A DNA stretch of 64,000 bases from Acidimicrobiia bacterium (GTDB taxonomy: Bacteria; Acidobacteriota; Vicinamibacteria; Vicinamibacterales; UBA2999), in contig VFYY01000001.1 of assembly GCA_016871375.1 (NCBI GenBank), forward strand, positions 6,616 to 70,615, read 5' to 3'. Under the pieces are notes generated by a model, which was not told where the DNA came from, made no database searches, and saw only the letters and a list, made by a program, of their open reading frames with translations. Every line of letters starts with the position of its first letter. Position 1 is the first letter of the stretch. A program made the translations under genes and the position numbers. Shown here piece after piece: positions 29,509-38,641 of the stretch.

Positions 29509-29613
29509 GCGGTTTCGACTTCTTCGTAGTGTCCGGCTGTAGCCGGACCACACACGGCGGTGCCGATCAACGTGGTCCGGCTACAGCCGGACACTACGAC
29601 GTTTCAGAAACCG
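29509..29613. repeat. 105-bp nested palindrome (27-bp perfect inverted repeat, 20-nt loop) between convergent genes
   Basis: 29525-29551 CGTAGTGTCCGGCTGTAGCCGGACCAC is the exact reverse complement of 29572-29598. Each arm contains its own mini-palindrome (TCCGGCT-gt-AGCCGGA). Outer GCGGTTTC (29509-16) pairs with GAAACCGC (29606-13). Probably a bidirectional terminator or REP-like element. Confidence 0.9.
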
Positions 29614-29615
29614 CT

Positions 29616-31022
29616 CTAGAATCGCATCCGATAGACGTTGTAGCCGTCATCGGGGGAGTTGGGGGCGAGCCGGACCCGCTCCAGCTTCACACCCTGCGCT
29701 TCCAGGCCCTCCGTCAGCGAGAAGATCGCTTCCCAGTTCGAGCTCACGATCAGGTATTCGGCGCCCGATGACCGCGCGATCGCGGCGACCGCCTGTGCCC
29801 GGTCCGCGCCGCAGCTGGCAAGCGTCCACCGCCGGTGCGGCTCAACGCTTGCCGGCGTCTTGAGGCCGACGAGATCGACGAGCGGATTGGAGGTGAACAC
29901 GGAGAACACACCCGCGTCCTGCACCAGGAGGCGCGCGCCCGCATCGACGTGCTCCCTGACCCACGCCGCGGCGGCCAGACGCTCGCCGGGAATGCTCGAG
30001 TCCGCGCGGGACGGCTGGATCGCCCAGATCGCGAGGCCCATCACCAGAACGGCGATCGCCGCCGCCCGCCAGGCCAGTTCGCGACGCGTGAGGCAGACGG
30101 CCATGCCGAGTGCCAGCACGGGAACCGCGATCGGGTACAGGTAGCGGTGATCGTTGTGCCACAGCGCGCCTGGAAGCATCACGACATAGGCCGCGAACGT
30201 CGCGAGGCCGGCGGCCGCCGCAAGCCTCCCGAGGCGGCATGCCGGCACCCAGATTGCGGCAAGGACCGCCGCAGGAAGCGACAAGGCGAACCAGGTCCGC
30301 ACGGCCCGGCCGGCGCTGCCGAGCTTCGCACCGAGCGGGAAACAGGATTCGGCAAAGAACGCCGCTTTCGCGGCCATCGTCTGTGGAATCCAATGGCCCG
30401 TATCGACGTACACCCACAGCGCCCAGGGCAGGCTGCAGAGCGCGCCCACTGCGATCGCTCGCACGCGCACGCGCGCCGGCTGGCGCCAGAGCACTGCGAC
30501 CGCGCCCACGGCGGCAAACGGGAGCAGATCCGGTCGCAGCCACGGCAGCACGCCAGCGGCAGCCAGCGCGAGGAACGGACGACCGGCCACGCAGGCCGCC
30601 AACAGGGCGATGGCAACCGCCATCGCCCAGCCTGTCTCGACGCCGTTGATCGCCTGGTCGATGACCGCGCCGGTCGTCAGGATCATCACCGGCATGGCGG
30701 CGCGCCGCCATCCCGTGAGGCCCATGCTTCCTGCGAGGACCCACAAGGCCGCAGCCATCGCCGCCAGCCCGGCGGCGCGCGCCGCTCTCAGCGCGACGAG
30801 CGGCTCGAGGCCCGCGCCGAGCAACGCCGTCAGCATGAGGACGTACGGCGGCGAGGTGACACCGGTGAGCGGCCGCGTGCCGTATTGCGGATCGCCGCCG
30901 GCAAGCAGGCTCTGTGCGCTATCAAGCGAAATGTAGGCGTCGTCGAGCCACGGGAGCATGGGGGTGAGGAACCACGCTGCGGCTGCCAGGAGGACCGCCA
31001 TCGTCGCCGCCCGGAAATGCAT
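29616..31022 (-). CDS. GT-C-fold-like polytopic membrane protein (putative glycosyl/polymer transferase)
   Basis: 468 aa with more than 10 hydrophobic segments. An acidic DDAYIS motif follows the first TM segment, where GT-C enzymes carry their DxD/DDx motif. The C-terminal approx. 110 aa look soluble. No family could be named from sequence alone. Confidence 0.55.
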   Translation of the reverse strand: MHFRAATMAVLLAAAAWFLTPMLPWLDDAYISLDSAQSLLAGGDPQYGTRPLTGVTSPPYVLMLTALLGAGLEPLVALRAARAAGLAAMAAALWVLAGSMGLTGWRRAAMPVMILTTGAVIDQAINGVETGWAMAVAIALLAACVAGRPFLALAAAGVLPWLRPDLLPFAAVGAVAVLWRQPARVRVRAIAVGALCSLPWALWVYVDTGHWIPQTMAAKAAFFAESCFPLGAKLGSAGRAVRTWFALSLPAAVLAAIWVPACRLGRLAAAAGLATFAAYVVMLPGALWHNDHRYLYPIAVPVLALGMAVCLTRRELAWRAAAIAVLVMGLAIWAIQPSRADSSIPGERLAAAAWVREHVDAGARLLVQDAGVFSVFTSNPLVDLVGLKTPASVEPHRRWTLASCGADRAQAVAAIARSSGAEYLIVSSNWEAIFSLTEGLEAQGVKLERVRLAPNSPDDGYNVYRMRF

Positions 31023-31090
31023 CGAGATGGCGATTCTAGCGCCGAAAACAACGGCTACAGTCGGCTAGAGTGTCCGCCGAGAAGGATCGT

Positions 31091-32656
31091 ATGCGCGCCG
31101 TCCGTTGGTACGTGCCCCCGGTCCTGCTGAGCCTCTGTCCGCTGGCGATCGTCGTCGGGGCAAACGTCGGCACGGTTCCTCTTCGTGGCGCCGTCGTCGC
31201 CCGGGCAGTGCTGTTCGCGGCAGGCGCCGTCGTCGTGATGCTCTGGGCGCTGCGGGGCGTGCAGCGCGACCTCGGCGCGCGCGCTGCCTGGCTCTCGTGG
31301 TTTCTGATGCTGTGCAATCTGTACGGCGCCAGCGCACAGGGACTTCGGCAGCTGAACCTGCAGATCTGGGCGCCGGACCCGCTGTTCGCGATCCCCTATG
31401 TGGTGACCAGCGCCGTCGTTGCGGCGATCGCGTGCCGCCCATGGGAGGTGCGGCCGCGACAGCCGCTGCCGCTGACGATCGCCGCCGCACTGTTGCTGGC
31501 CGTTGCCTTCCTGCCCGCGGCCGCGGAGGGCCGGCAGGCACATCCGTCGTGGCGCGCGTCCGCTGATCGCCTCGTGACAGCGGCGCTCGCAGACGCGCCG
31601 GCACCTGCCTTCGTGCCCACACGCGACATCTATTACATCGTGCTCGACGGCCTCGGACGGGCGGACACGATGGCGAAGGACTACGGCGTTGATCTGACCG
31701 ACGCGGTGGAGGCCCTCGAGGCACGCGGCTTCTATGTCGCCCGCGACGCCCGGAGCAACTACACGCAGACGTACCTCTCGCTCGCGTCGACACTGAACCT
31801 GAACTACCTCGACGATCTGGCTGTCGCAGTCGGACCGGCGGCGCAGGACCGCGACCCGCTCGACTATCTGATTCAGGAAAACGCGCTGATGCGGATCGCG
31901 TCGCGCGCCGGCTATCGCGTGGTCGCGATCGGATCGGACTTCATGGGGACGCAGCAGATCGAGCAGGCCGACGTCTGCATCTGTGCGCGGTCCGGCCTGG
32001 ACGAAGTGGAGGTGGCGGCGATCGCGCTGACGCCGCTGGCCGCGCTGCCGCTCGAGGCGGACGCGCTCGATCCGTATGAGGCGCACCGCCGGAAGATCAT
32101 CGACGGTCTCGCGGCGCTCGAGGGCTACGAGCGGGGAGGACGACGCACGTTGGTGTTCGCCCACGTGGTCGCGCCGCACCCGCCGTTCGTGCTGGCGAGG
32201 GACGGCACGCCGCTGCGGCCGCCGCGGCGGCCATACAGCCTGGCCGACTGGCGCGAGTTCGCTGGACCGCGCGAGGAGTACATCAGTGGATACGGCCAGC
32301 AGACGCAGTATGTGCTGGACCGCGTCGTGACCGCCGTCGACGCCATCCTGCGGCAGCCGGGCCCAACACCGGCCATTGTGATTCACGGCGATCACGGACC
32401 GGGCGCCCGCTGGCGCTATGACGGCCCGAGCGAGTCGGCCGTTGGCGAACGCATGCAGATCTTCGCGGCCTACCTATTCCCCGACGGCGCGGCCGACCTC
32501 TATCCGGCCATCACGCCGGTCAATGGCGCCAGGCTGCTCGCGCGGCGTTATCTCGGCGCGGATCTGCCCCCGCTGCCCGATCGCGTGCTGTTCTCGACGG
32601 GCGACCGCCCGTACGACCTGATGCCAGTCACGCAGCCACAGTCCGCCGGCCACTGA
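31091..32656 (+). CDS. Paralogue 3 of 5: membrane-anchored alkaline-phosphatase-superfamily protein
   Basis: Motifs DIYYIVLDGLG, NYTQTYLSLASTLN, YEAHRRK, LVFAHVVAPHPPF, IVIHGDHGPG, CIC. I chose ATG 31091 because the 37 nt before it align with the leader of paralogue 2; the ORF track starts at 31070. Confidence 0.8.
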   Translation: MRAVRWYVPPVLLSLCPLAIVVGANVGTVPLRGAVVARAVLFAAGAVVVMLWALRGVQRDLGARAAWLSWFLMLCNLYGASAQGLRQLNLQIWAPDPLFAIPYVVTSAVVAAIACRPWEVRPRQPLPLTIAAALLLAVAFLPAAAEGRQAHPSWRASADRLVTAALADAPAPAFVPTRDIYYIVLDGLGRADTMAKDYGVDLTDAVEALEARGFYVARDARSNYTQTYLSLASTLNLNYLDDLAVAVGPAAQDRDPLDYLIQENALMRIASRAGYRVVAIGSDFMGTQQIEQADVCICARSGLDEVEVAAIALTPLAALPLEADALDPYEAHRRKIIDGLAALEGYERGGRRTLVFAHVVAPHPPFVLARDGTPLRPPRRPYSLADWREFAGPREEYISGYGQQTQYVLDRVVTAVDAILRQPGPTPAIVIHGDHGPGARWRYDGPSESAVGERMQIFAAYLFPDGAADLYPAITPVNGARLLARRYLGADLPPLPDRVLFSTGDRPYDLMPVTQPQSAGH

Positions 32657-32659
32657 TCG

Positions 32660-34165
32660 ATGGTCAGTCTTCGCTGGTATCTGCCTCCAGTTCTGCTCGC
32701 ACTCGCGCCACTCGCGACAGTAGTCGGCGCAAACCTCGGTAACGTGCCGCTGCGTCCTGAAGTGGTCACCCGCTCCGCGCTCACCGCCGCCGGCGGCGCT
32801 GCCGTTGTCCTGTTGGTCCTTCGCCTGGTGCGCCGCGATCTGGCCGCGCGATCCGCCTGGCTTTGGTGGTTCCTGCTGCTATCCACCCTGTATGGCGCGA
32901 GCGCGCGGGGGCTGCAGTACCTCGGCCTGCCGATTCTCGCGACCGATCCGCTGTTCGCCGTCCCCTACGTCCTCACCAGCGCGGTGGTTGCCGCCGTCGC
33001 GAGCAGGCCCTGGGAAGTCAGACCTCGGGACCCGGTGCCCATGACAGTCGTCGCCGCGCTGTTCGTGCTCGTCGGCCTGATACCCGCTGGCGCACAGGAG
33101 CGGCGGACCACGCGACCGTGGGAGGCAACCGCGGACGCATTGATCGAATCCGCCCTGTCCAGGCAGTCGGCGCCGGCGACGGTGCCCAGCCGCGACATTT
33201 ACTACGTCGTGATCGACAGCCTCGGCAGCCCGGACACGCTGCGCCGCAGCTACGGCGTGAACCTGGCGCCCTTCGTCGACGCGCTCCGCGCGAGAGGCTT
33301 CTACGTGGTCGAGGGGGCGCGCAGCAACTACGCACAGACGTACCTGTCGCTCGCCTCGACGCTGAACATGGACTACCTCGATGGGATTGCCGGACGCGTG
33401 GGGCGCTCGACAACGACCCGCGACCCGCTCGGATATCTCATTGAGGACAATGCGCTCATGCGGATGGCGTCGCGGGTGGGGTACCGCGTGGTGGCGATCG
33501 GCTCCGGCTACATGGCCACGCGGAGGTTCCCGCGCGCCGACGTCTGCGTCTGTTCACTCAGCGGACTCGACGACATCGAGACCGCAACGTTGGCGCTGAC
33601 GCCCCTGGCGGCGGCGCCGCTCGAGTGGTCGTCGCGCGTCGATCGGTACGCGGTTCACCGCCGCAGGATCATCAACGCGTTTGGCGCGCTCACCGAATAC
33701 GGCGGCAGCACGCGGCCGGCGTTCGTCTTTGCCCACATCCTGGCGCCGCACCCGCCATTCGTGTTCGCCCGCGACGGTACGCCGCTGCGGCACCCGCGGG
33801 CAGAGTTCCGGGACGCGTACGGCCAGCAGTCGCAGTACGCGCTGACCCGGACCCTTGCGGTCGTCGACGCACTTCTGGCGCGGCCCGGACGTCCACCGGC
33901 GATCGTCGTCCACGCCGACCATGGGCCCGCCCGCGACATCCTCGATCGCATCAACGACCAGGGCATCGGTATCCAGGAACGGATGGAAATCTTCGCGGCG
34001 TACTACTTCCCCGGGGCGTCTCCTGGCTTCTATCCCGGCATGACGCCGGTCAACGGTGCGAGGCTGCTCGCGCGAGAGTATCTGGGCGCAGACCTGCCGC
34101 CGCTCCCGGATCGCGTCATGTTCTCGCCGCTCGATCGGCCCTACGACTTCGTGCCGGTTCCCTGA
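32660..34165 (+). CDS. Paralogue 4 of 5: membrane-anchored alkaline-phosphatase-superfamily protein
   Basis: Motifs DIYYVVIDSLG, NYAQTYLSLASTLN, YAVHRRR, FVFAHILAPHPPF, IVVHADHGPA, CVC. Starts 4 nt after the paralogue 3 stop. Shortest copy: it has a deletion relative to the others after the PHPPF block. Confidence 0.8.
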   Translation: MVSLRWYLPPVLLALAPLATVVGANLGNVPLRPEVVTRSALTAAGGAAVVLLVLRLVRRDLAARSAWLWWFLLLSTLYGASARGLQYLGLPILATDPLFAVPYVLTSAVVAAVASRPWEVRPRDPVPMTVVAALFVLVGLIPAGAQERRTTRPWEATADALIESALSRQSAPATVPSRDIYYVVIDSLGSPDTLRRSYGVNLAPFVDALRARGFYVVEGARSNYAQTYLSLASTLNMDYLDGIAGRVGRSTTTRDPLGYLIEDNALMRMASRVGYRVVAIGSGYMATRRFPRADVCVCSLSGLDDIETATLALTPLAAAPLEWSSRVDRYAVHRRRIINAFGALTEYGGSTRPAFVFAHILAPHPPFVFARDGTPLRHPRAEFRDAYGQQSQYALTRTLAVVDALLARPGRPPAIVVHADHGPARDILDRINDQGIGIQERMEIFAAYYFPGASPGFYPGMTPVNGARLLAREYLGADLPPLPDRVMFSPLDRPYDFVPVP

Positions 34166-34166
34166 C

Positions 34167-35741
34167 ATGTGGATCCGCTGGTATGTCCCCGGCGTCCTCC
34201 TGGCGATTCATCCGGTCGCCGTCATCGTCGGCGCGAACCTCGGGACCGTGCCGCTGCGAACCGCCGTCGTCACGCGTGCGCTGATCACCGCGGCTGCCGC
34301 AGCGGTCGTGCTCACCGTGGCGCTGCGCGTCGCCCGGCGCGACCTTGCCGCACGGTCGTCGTGGCTGGCGTGGTTCCTGATCCAGTTCAACCTGTACGGC
34401 GCTGCGGCTGAAGGTCTTCGCGGGCTGGGCCTGGCGATCTGGCCGGGCGACCCGTGGTTCGCGGTCCCGTACGTCCTGACGGCGGGCGTGATTGCCGCGA
34501 TCGCCAGCCGGCCCTGGGAGGTCCGGCCTCGCAGCGCGATGCCGCTGACCGTGGCCGCCGCTCTCCTGCTGCTGGTGGCGTTCATCCCGGCGGCGGCGGG
34601 CAGCCGGCGCGCGGATCCGACCTGGCGCGAGGCGGCCGAGCATCTCGCCTCGGCGCCGCTGTCGGGCGCCGGACGGGTCTCACCCTCGCGCGACGTGTAT
34701 TACATCGTCCTCGACGCGCTCGGACGGCCGGACGCGCTGCGCCGCAACTACGGCCTGGACCTGCAGCCGTTCGTCGAGGCGCTGCGGGCGCGCGGCTTCT
34801 ACGTCGTCGAACGGGCGCGCGCCAACTACGCGCAGACCTATCTGTCGCTCGCGTCGGCGTTGAACCTCGATTACCTGGACGGCATCGCGCAGGTCGTGGG
34901 CGCGCCGTCGACGACCCGCGAGCCGCTCGACTACCTCGTTCAGCAGAACGCGCTGATGCGGCTGGCGTCGCGCGCGGGTTACCGGGTCGTGGCGTTCGGA
35001 TCGGATTACATGGCCACGCGGCAGTTCGACCGGGCTGACGTGTGCGTGTGCGCGGTGAGCGGGCTGGACGAGCTCGAGGTGGCGGCGATCGCGCTGACGC
35101 CGCTCGCCGCGGTGCCGCTCGGCACCGTCCCCGGCGACGCGTCGTTCGACGGACACCGGCGGAAACTGGTCCGCACGCTGACAGAGCTCGAGGAATGGCG
35201 GCGTGGGACCGAACCGACGTTCGTGTTCGCGCACATCCTGGCCGCCCACGCGCCGTTCGTCATCGCCCGCGACGGGAGCCCGCTGGCGCCCTCAGGCGCC
35301 CTGTACACCATGTCGGAGGGAGGCGCCGCCGGCCGTCCCCGGCAGGAGTACCTCCACGGCTACGCGCAGCAGTCGCAGTACGTGCTCGACCGCTTCGTCG
35401 CCATCGTGGACGCCGCGCTCCGCCAGCCGGGTCCCGCGCCGGCGATCGTGGTCCACGGCGACCACGGCCCGGGCCTGAGCACCGACACGTCCCTGGAGAC
35501 GATGATGCGCGAGCGCATGGAGATCTTCGCGGCCTACTACTTTCCCGACGGCGATCCGGGCTTCTATCCGACCATGACCCCGGTGAACGGGGCGAGGCTG
35601 CTCGCGCGGCGCTACTTCGGCGCGGACCTCGCGCCGCTGCCCGACCGGGTCCTGTACTCGCAGTGGGTCCGGCCGTACGACTTCACCCCCGTGCCGGACC
35701 CGCCGCCTCAGGACTCCCTTTCGCCGGTGCGGATGCGGTAG
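34167..35741 (+). CDS. Paralogue 5 of 5: membrane-anchored alkaline-phosphatase-superfamily protein
   Basis: Start moved to ATG 34167 (MWIRWYVPGVLLAIHPVAVIVGANLG), 1 nt after the paralogue 4 stop. Motifs DVYYIVLDALG, NYAQTYLSLASALN, FDGHRRK, FVFAHILAAHAPF, IVVHGDHGPG, CVC. The 3-prime end overlaps the convergent P-II gene by 34 nt. Confidence 0.8.
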   Translation: MWIRWYVPGVLLAIHPVAVIVGANLGTVPLRTAVVTRALITAAAAAVVLTVALRVARRDLAARSSWLAWFLIQFNLYGAAAEGLRGLGLAIWPGDPWFAVPYVLTAGVIAAIASRPWEVRPRSAMPLTVAAALLLLVAFIPAAAGSRRADPTWREAAEHLASAPLSGAGRVSPSRDVYYIVLDALGRPDALRRNYGLDLQPFVEALRARGFYVVERARANYAQTYLSLASALNLDYLDGIAQVVGAPSTTREPLDYLVQQNALMRLASRAGYRVVAFGSDYMATRQFDRADVCVCAVSGLDELEVAAIALTPLAAVPLGTVPGDASFDGHRRKLVRTLTELEEWRRGTEPTFVFAHILAAHAPFVIARDGSPLAPSGALYTMSEGGAAGRPRQEYLHGYAQQSQYVLDRFVAIVDAALRQPGPAPAIVVHGDHGPGLSTDTSLETMMRERMEIFAAYYFPDGDPGFYPTMTPVNGARLLARRYFGADLAPLPDRVLYSQWVRPYDFTPVPDPPPQDSLSPVRMR

Positions 35742-36037
35742 CTCTCGAGGACCGGGAACACGAACACGCGGCCATCGCCGATCTCGCCGGTGCGCGCCGC
35801 CTGCACGATCGCCTTGATCGCCTCCTCGGCGATCGAGTCCGGCACGACGATCTCGATCTCCATCTTCGGCAGCAGGCTGACGTTGTACTCCTTGCCGCGG
35901 TAGATCGCTGTGTGCCCCTTCTGCTTGCCGTGCCCGCGCACTTCGGTGACGGTCATCCCCGAGATGTTCAGCTTCGCGAGCGCGTCCTTGACATCGTCGA
36001 CCTTGTTCGGCCGGACGATGCTCTTGATCAGCTTCAT
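35708..36037 (-). CDS. glnB: Nitrogen regulatory protein P-II
   Basis: MKLIKSIVRPNKVDDVKDALAKLNISGMTVTEVRGHGKQKGHTAIYRGKEY...: canonical P-II including the T-loop Tyr (YRGKEY). ATG 36037 overlaps the glnD stop (ATGA). Could equally be named glnK given the amtB context. Confidence 0.93.
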   Translation of the reverse strand: MKLIKSIVRPNKVDDVKDALAKLNISGMTVTEVRGHGKQKGHTAIYRGKEYNVSLLPKMEIEIVVPDSIAEEAIKAIVQAARTGEIGDGRVFVFPVLESYRIRTGERES

Positions 36038-38625
36038 GTCGTGCCCTCCAGTGTGCGTTGCAGGTCGGACGTCAGCCCGCGGTGCTCCGCGTCGGTGAGT
36101 TTGGCTCCGCCCTTCGTGATGTGGAACACGTCGATCGCGCGCTCGCCCTCGGTGGAAATGAGCACGAGGTCGACGTCGCAGCCGTGCTGCGAAATCACAC
36201 GGCTGATCCGGTACAGCAGCCCGAGCGCATTGCCGGCCACGATGTCCACGATCGTGTAGCGCCCCGACGTCTCGTTGTCGGCGTGGACCACCGGCGCCAC
36301 GCGCGGCGCCGTCTTCGGCTGCAGCACGCTCTGCTCGCGGCCGCGCACGAGCTGCCTGACGTCGGCGCGGCCGGCGACGACGTCCTGCAGCACGTGCAGC
36401 ACCTGCCGGTGCGCGTCCGGGTTCAGCTCCAGGAAGCGCTCCTCGTCGGTGAAGTGGAAGACGTCCAGCACCAGCCCGTTGGGGTTCGTCATCGCGTGCC
36501 CGCGCAGGATGTTCATGCCGAACGACGACAGCACGCCGCAGATGTTCGAGAAGAGAAACGGCTTGTCGAGCGTGACGACCGCGAGCGTCCACACGGCGTC
36601 GGCGCACTCGAGCGAGAGGTGCACCTGGTCGGAGTTGATGTCGCGCGCCAGCCGGACGTGGCGGTAGATCGCTTCCTTCGGGAAGAGGTGCAGGTAGCGC
36701 TGCGGCAGGCCTTCGAGAAAGCGCGCGATCTCGGCTTCGGGCATGTCCGCCGGCCGGCCCGACAGCAGCTCCTGCAGCCCCGCCTGGCTGCGCTCGATCA
36801 GCTCGTCGCCGTAGCGCTGCGTCAAATGGTTGTACGTATCGACGTACAGCCGCCACACCAGCTCCTCTTTCCACGGGGTGAGCGTCTCCGGGCTCACCGC
36901 CTCGACGTCGGCCAGCGTCATCAGGCACAGCATCTTCAGCTTGTCTTCGGTGCCGAGCAGCGACGCGAACTCGCGGACGATGTCGGGGTCTTCGGTGTCC
37001 CGGCGGAACGCGACGAGCGACATCCTGAGGTGGTTCCGGATCAGGAACTGCACCATCTCGCACGACTCGGGACTCAGCTGCAGGCGGTTGAGGACGTCTT
37101 CCGCCATGCGCACGCTCTCGAGATGGTGGTCGTCGTCGCGCCACTTGCCGACGTCGTGCAGCAGGAGCGACAGCACGAGCAGCTCCGGCGCGGGCAGGCT
37201 CGTCGCCACGTTCTTGAAGCGCTGGCGCTCCGGCGCGTCGGTCGTCGAGAGGCGCTCGAGGTTCCGGATCGTCAGCAGCGTGTGCTCGTCGACCGTGTAC
37301 TTGTGGTAGAAGTCGCGGACCACCCGCCACGAGATCGCCTGGAACTCCGGGAACACGCGCCCCAGCATCCCGCAGTCGTGCATCTGCGACAGGGCGGTGT
37401 AGAGGCCCGAACGCGGCTTCAGGAACTTCATGAGGGCCGCGCGGTCGCGCGCCTCGGGGACGAAGTCCTCCGCGCGGTAGCGATCCACGTGCTGCTGGAT
37501 GCACGACAGCGCTTCTTCGGTGACCCCGGTGCCGAGATCGACGGCTGCCTGGAACGCGCCGACCCACGACGCCGGGTTGCGCGCGGCCAGTACCGGATCG
37601 AGGAAGCGGACGCCGTCGCGCGACCGTCCCAGGTTCGGGCCGACCGGCGTCGGCGCCGTCCGCCGCGTCCACTCGAGCGAGCGCGACACGATCCGCGCGT
37701 GGCGGAAGTAGTCGCTCATCAGCCGCTCCACGCGCTGCCGCGGCTCGTTGCCGGGGTAGCCGAGGATGTCGGCGGTCTTTTCCTGGAGCTCGTGGCTGAG
37801 CACGTTCTGATTGCGGCCGGTCTCGAGGTGCAGGATCGAGCGGACGCGGAGCAGGAAGTCCTCGGCCTCCTCGAACCGTCCGGGATCGGCGGGACCGCGG
37901 CGCAGCAGCAGCGGATCGGTCAGCGCGGTGATCGTGCGCGTCGCCATCAGGTCGCGCAGCGCACCCGGCGCCTCCTTCACGTCAGGCTCGAGCTGGTAGA
38001 GCGTCGAATTGAACTTCGCATGGCGCTCGTCGATGAGCGCCTCGAGCGACTGCACGATGCAGGCGTGCGTCGCCGGCTGGTGGAAGACCGCCTGCTGCCG
38101 ATCGAAGAGCGCCTGATCGCCGGCCACGAGCCGCGCGTCGAGCAGCGCCAGCAGGAACTCGGGGTTGTCGGTCTCGAGGTCCGAGAACTCGTCGATCTCG
38201 CGCACCTGGTGCCCGACGACGACGCCGAGGTCCCAGAGCGGATGCATGAACGCGCGGAGAAAACGCTCCTCGGACGGCCCGATGCGGCTGCCGAAGAGCA
38301 CGAGCAGGTCGATGTCGGAGTGGAGCGACAGGTGGCGGCGGCCGTAGCCGCCGAGCGCGACGATCGCCGCCGCGGCCTGCGGCTGCCCCGCCTCCTCGTA
38401 GAGCTGCCGGAGGAGATCGTCGACGCGGCCGGCATGCCGGTCGAGGGCCGCGCGCCCTGCCGTGCCCCGCGCGGTCTCGGCGCGCAGCTCGTCCTTCGCG
38501 GCGTCGAGCGCGGCCCGCAGCGTCGAACCCGTGCCCCGCGCGGTCATCGACATACGAGGAACATCTCCGGGTTCGGGTGGCGGGGTCATAACGGGGATGG
38601 CGACGACAGGAATCATCGTCGGCAT
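36034..38625 (-). CDS. glnD: [Protein-PII] uridylyltransferase / uridylyl-removing enzyme GlnD
   Basis: Nucleotidyltransferase region (ALGGYGRRHLSLHSDIDLLVLF), HD domain (LLLHDVGK...DDDHH), two C-terminal ACT-like regions. The start is uncertain: in-frame alternatives lie near 38553. Confidence 0.88.
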   Translation of the reverse strand: MPTMIPVVAIPVMTPPPEPGDVPRMSMTARGTGSTLRAALDAAKDELRAETARGTAGRAALDRHAGRVDDLLRQLYEEAGQPQAAAAIVALGGYGRRHLSLHSDIDLLVLFGSRIGPSEERFLRAFMHPLWDLGVVVGHQVREIDEFSDLETDNPEFLLALLDARLVAGDQALFDRQQAVFHQPATHACIVQSLEALIDERHAKFNSTLYQLEPDVKEAPGALRDLMATRTITALTDPLLLRRGPADPGRFEEAEDFLLRVRSILHLETGRNQNVLSHELQEKTADILGYPGNEPRQRVERLMSDYFRHARIVSRSLEWTRRTAPTPVGPNLGRSRDGVRFLDPVLAARNPASWVGAFQAAVDLGTGVTEEALSCIQQHVDRYRAEDFVPEARDRAALMKFLKPRSGLYTALSQMHDCGMLGRVFPEFQAISWRVVRDFYHKYTVDEHTLLTIRNLERLSTTDAPERQRFKNVATSLPAPELLVLSLLLHDVGKWRDDDHHLESVRMAEDVLNRLQLSPESCEMVQFLIRNHLRMSLVAFRRDTEDPDIVREFASLLGTEDKLKMLCLMTLADVEAVSPETLTPWKEELVWRLYVDTYNHLTQRYGDELIERSQAGLQELLSGRPADMPEAEIARFLEGLPQRYLHLFPKEAIYRHVRLARDINSDQVHLSLECADAVWTLAVVTLDKPFLFSNICGVLSSFGMNILRGHAMTNPNGLVLDVFHFTDEERFLELNPDAHRQVLHVLQDVVAGRADVRQLVRGREQSVLQPKTAPRVAPVVHADNETSGRYTIVDIVAGNALGLLYRISRVISQHGCDVDLVLISTEGERAIDVFHITKGGAKLTDAEHRGLTSDLQRTLEGTT

Positions 38626-38641
38626 CCCCGTTGGACTGCAA

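Noticed and set aside
28665-29771. ORFs 28665-29594(-) and 29529-29771(+), both beginning MSGCSRTT.
   Set aside because: The identical N-termini arise simply because both ORFs start inside opposite arms of the 27-bp perfect palindrome. The remaining sequence is antisense shadow of paralogue 2 or the GT-C-like gene.
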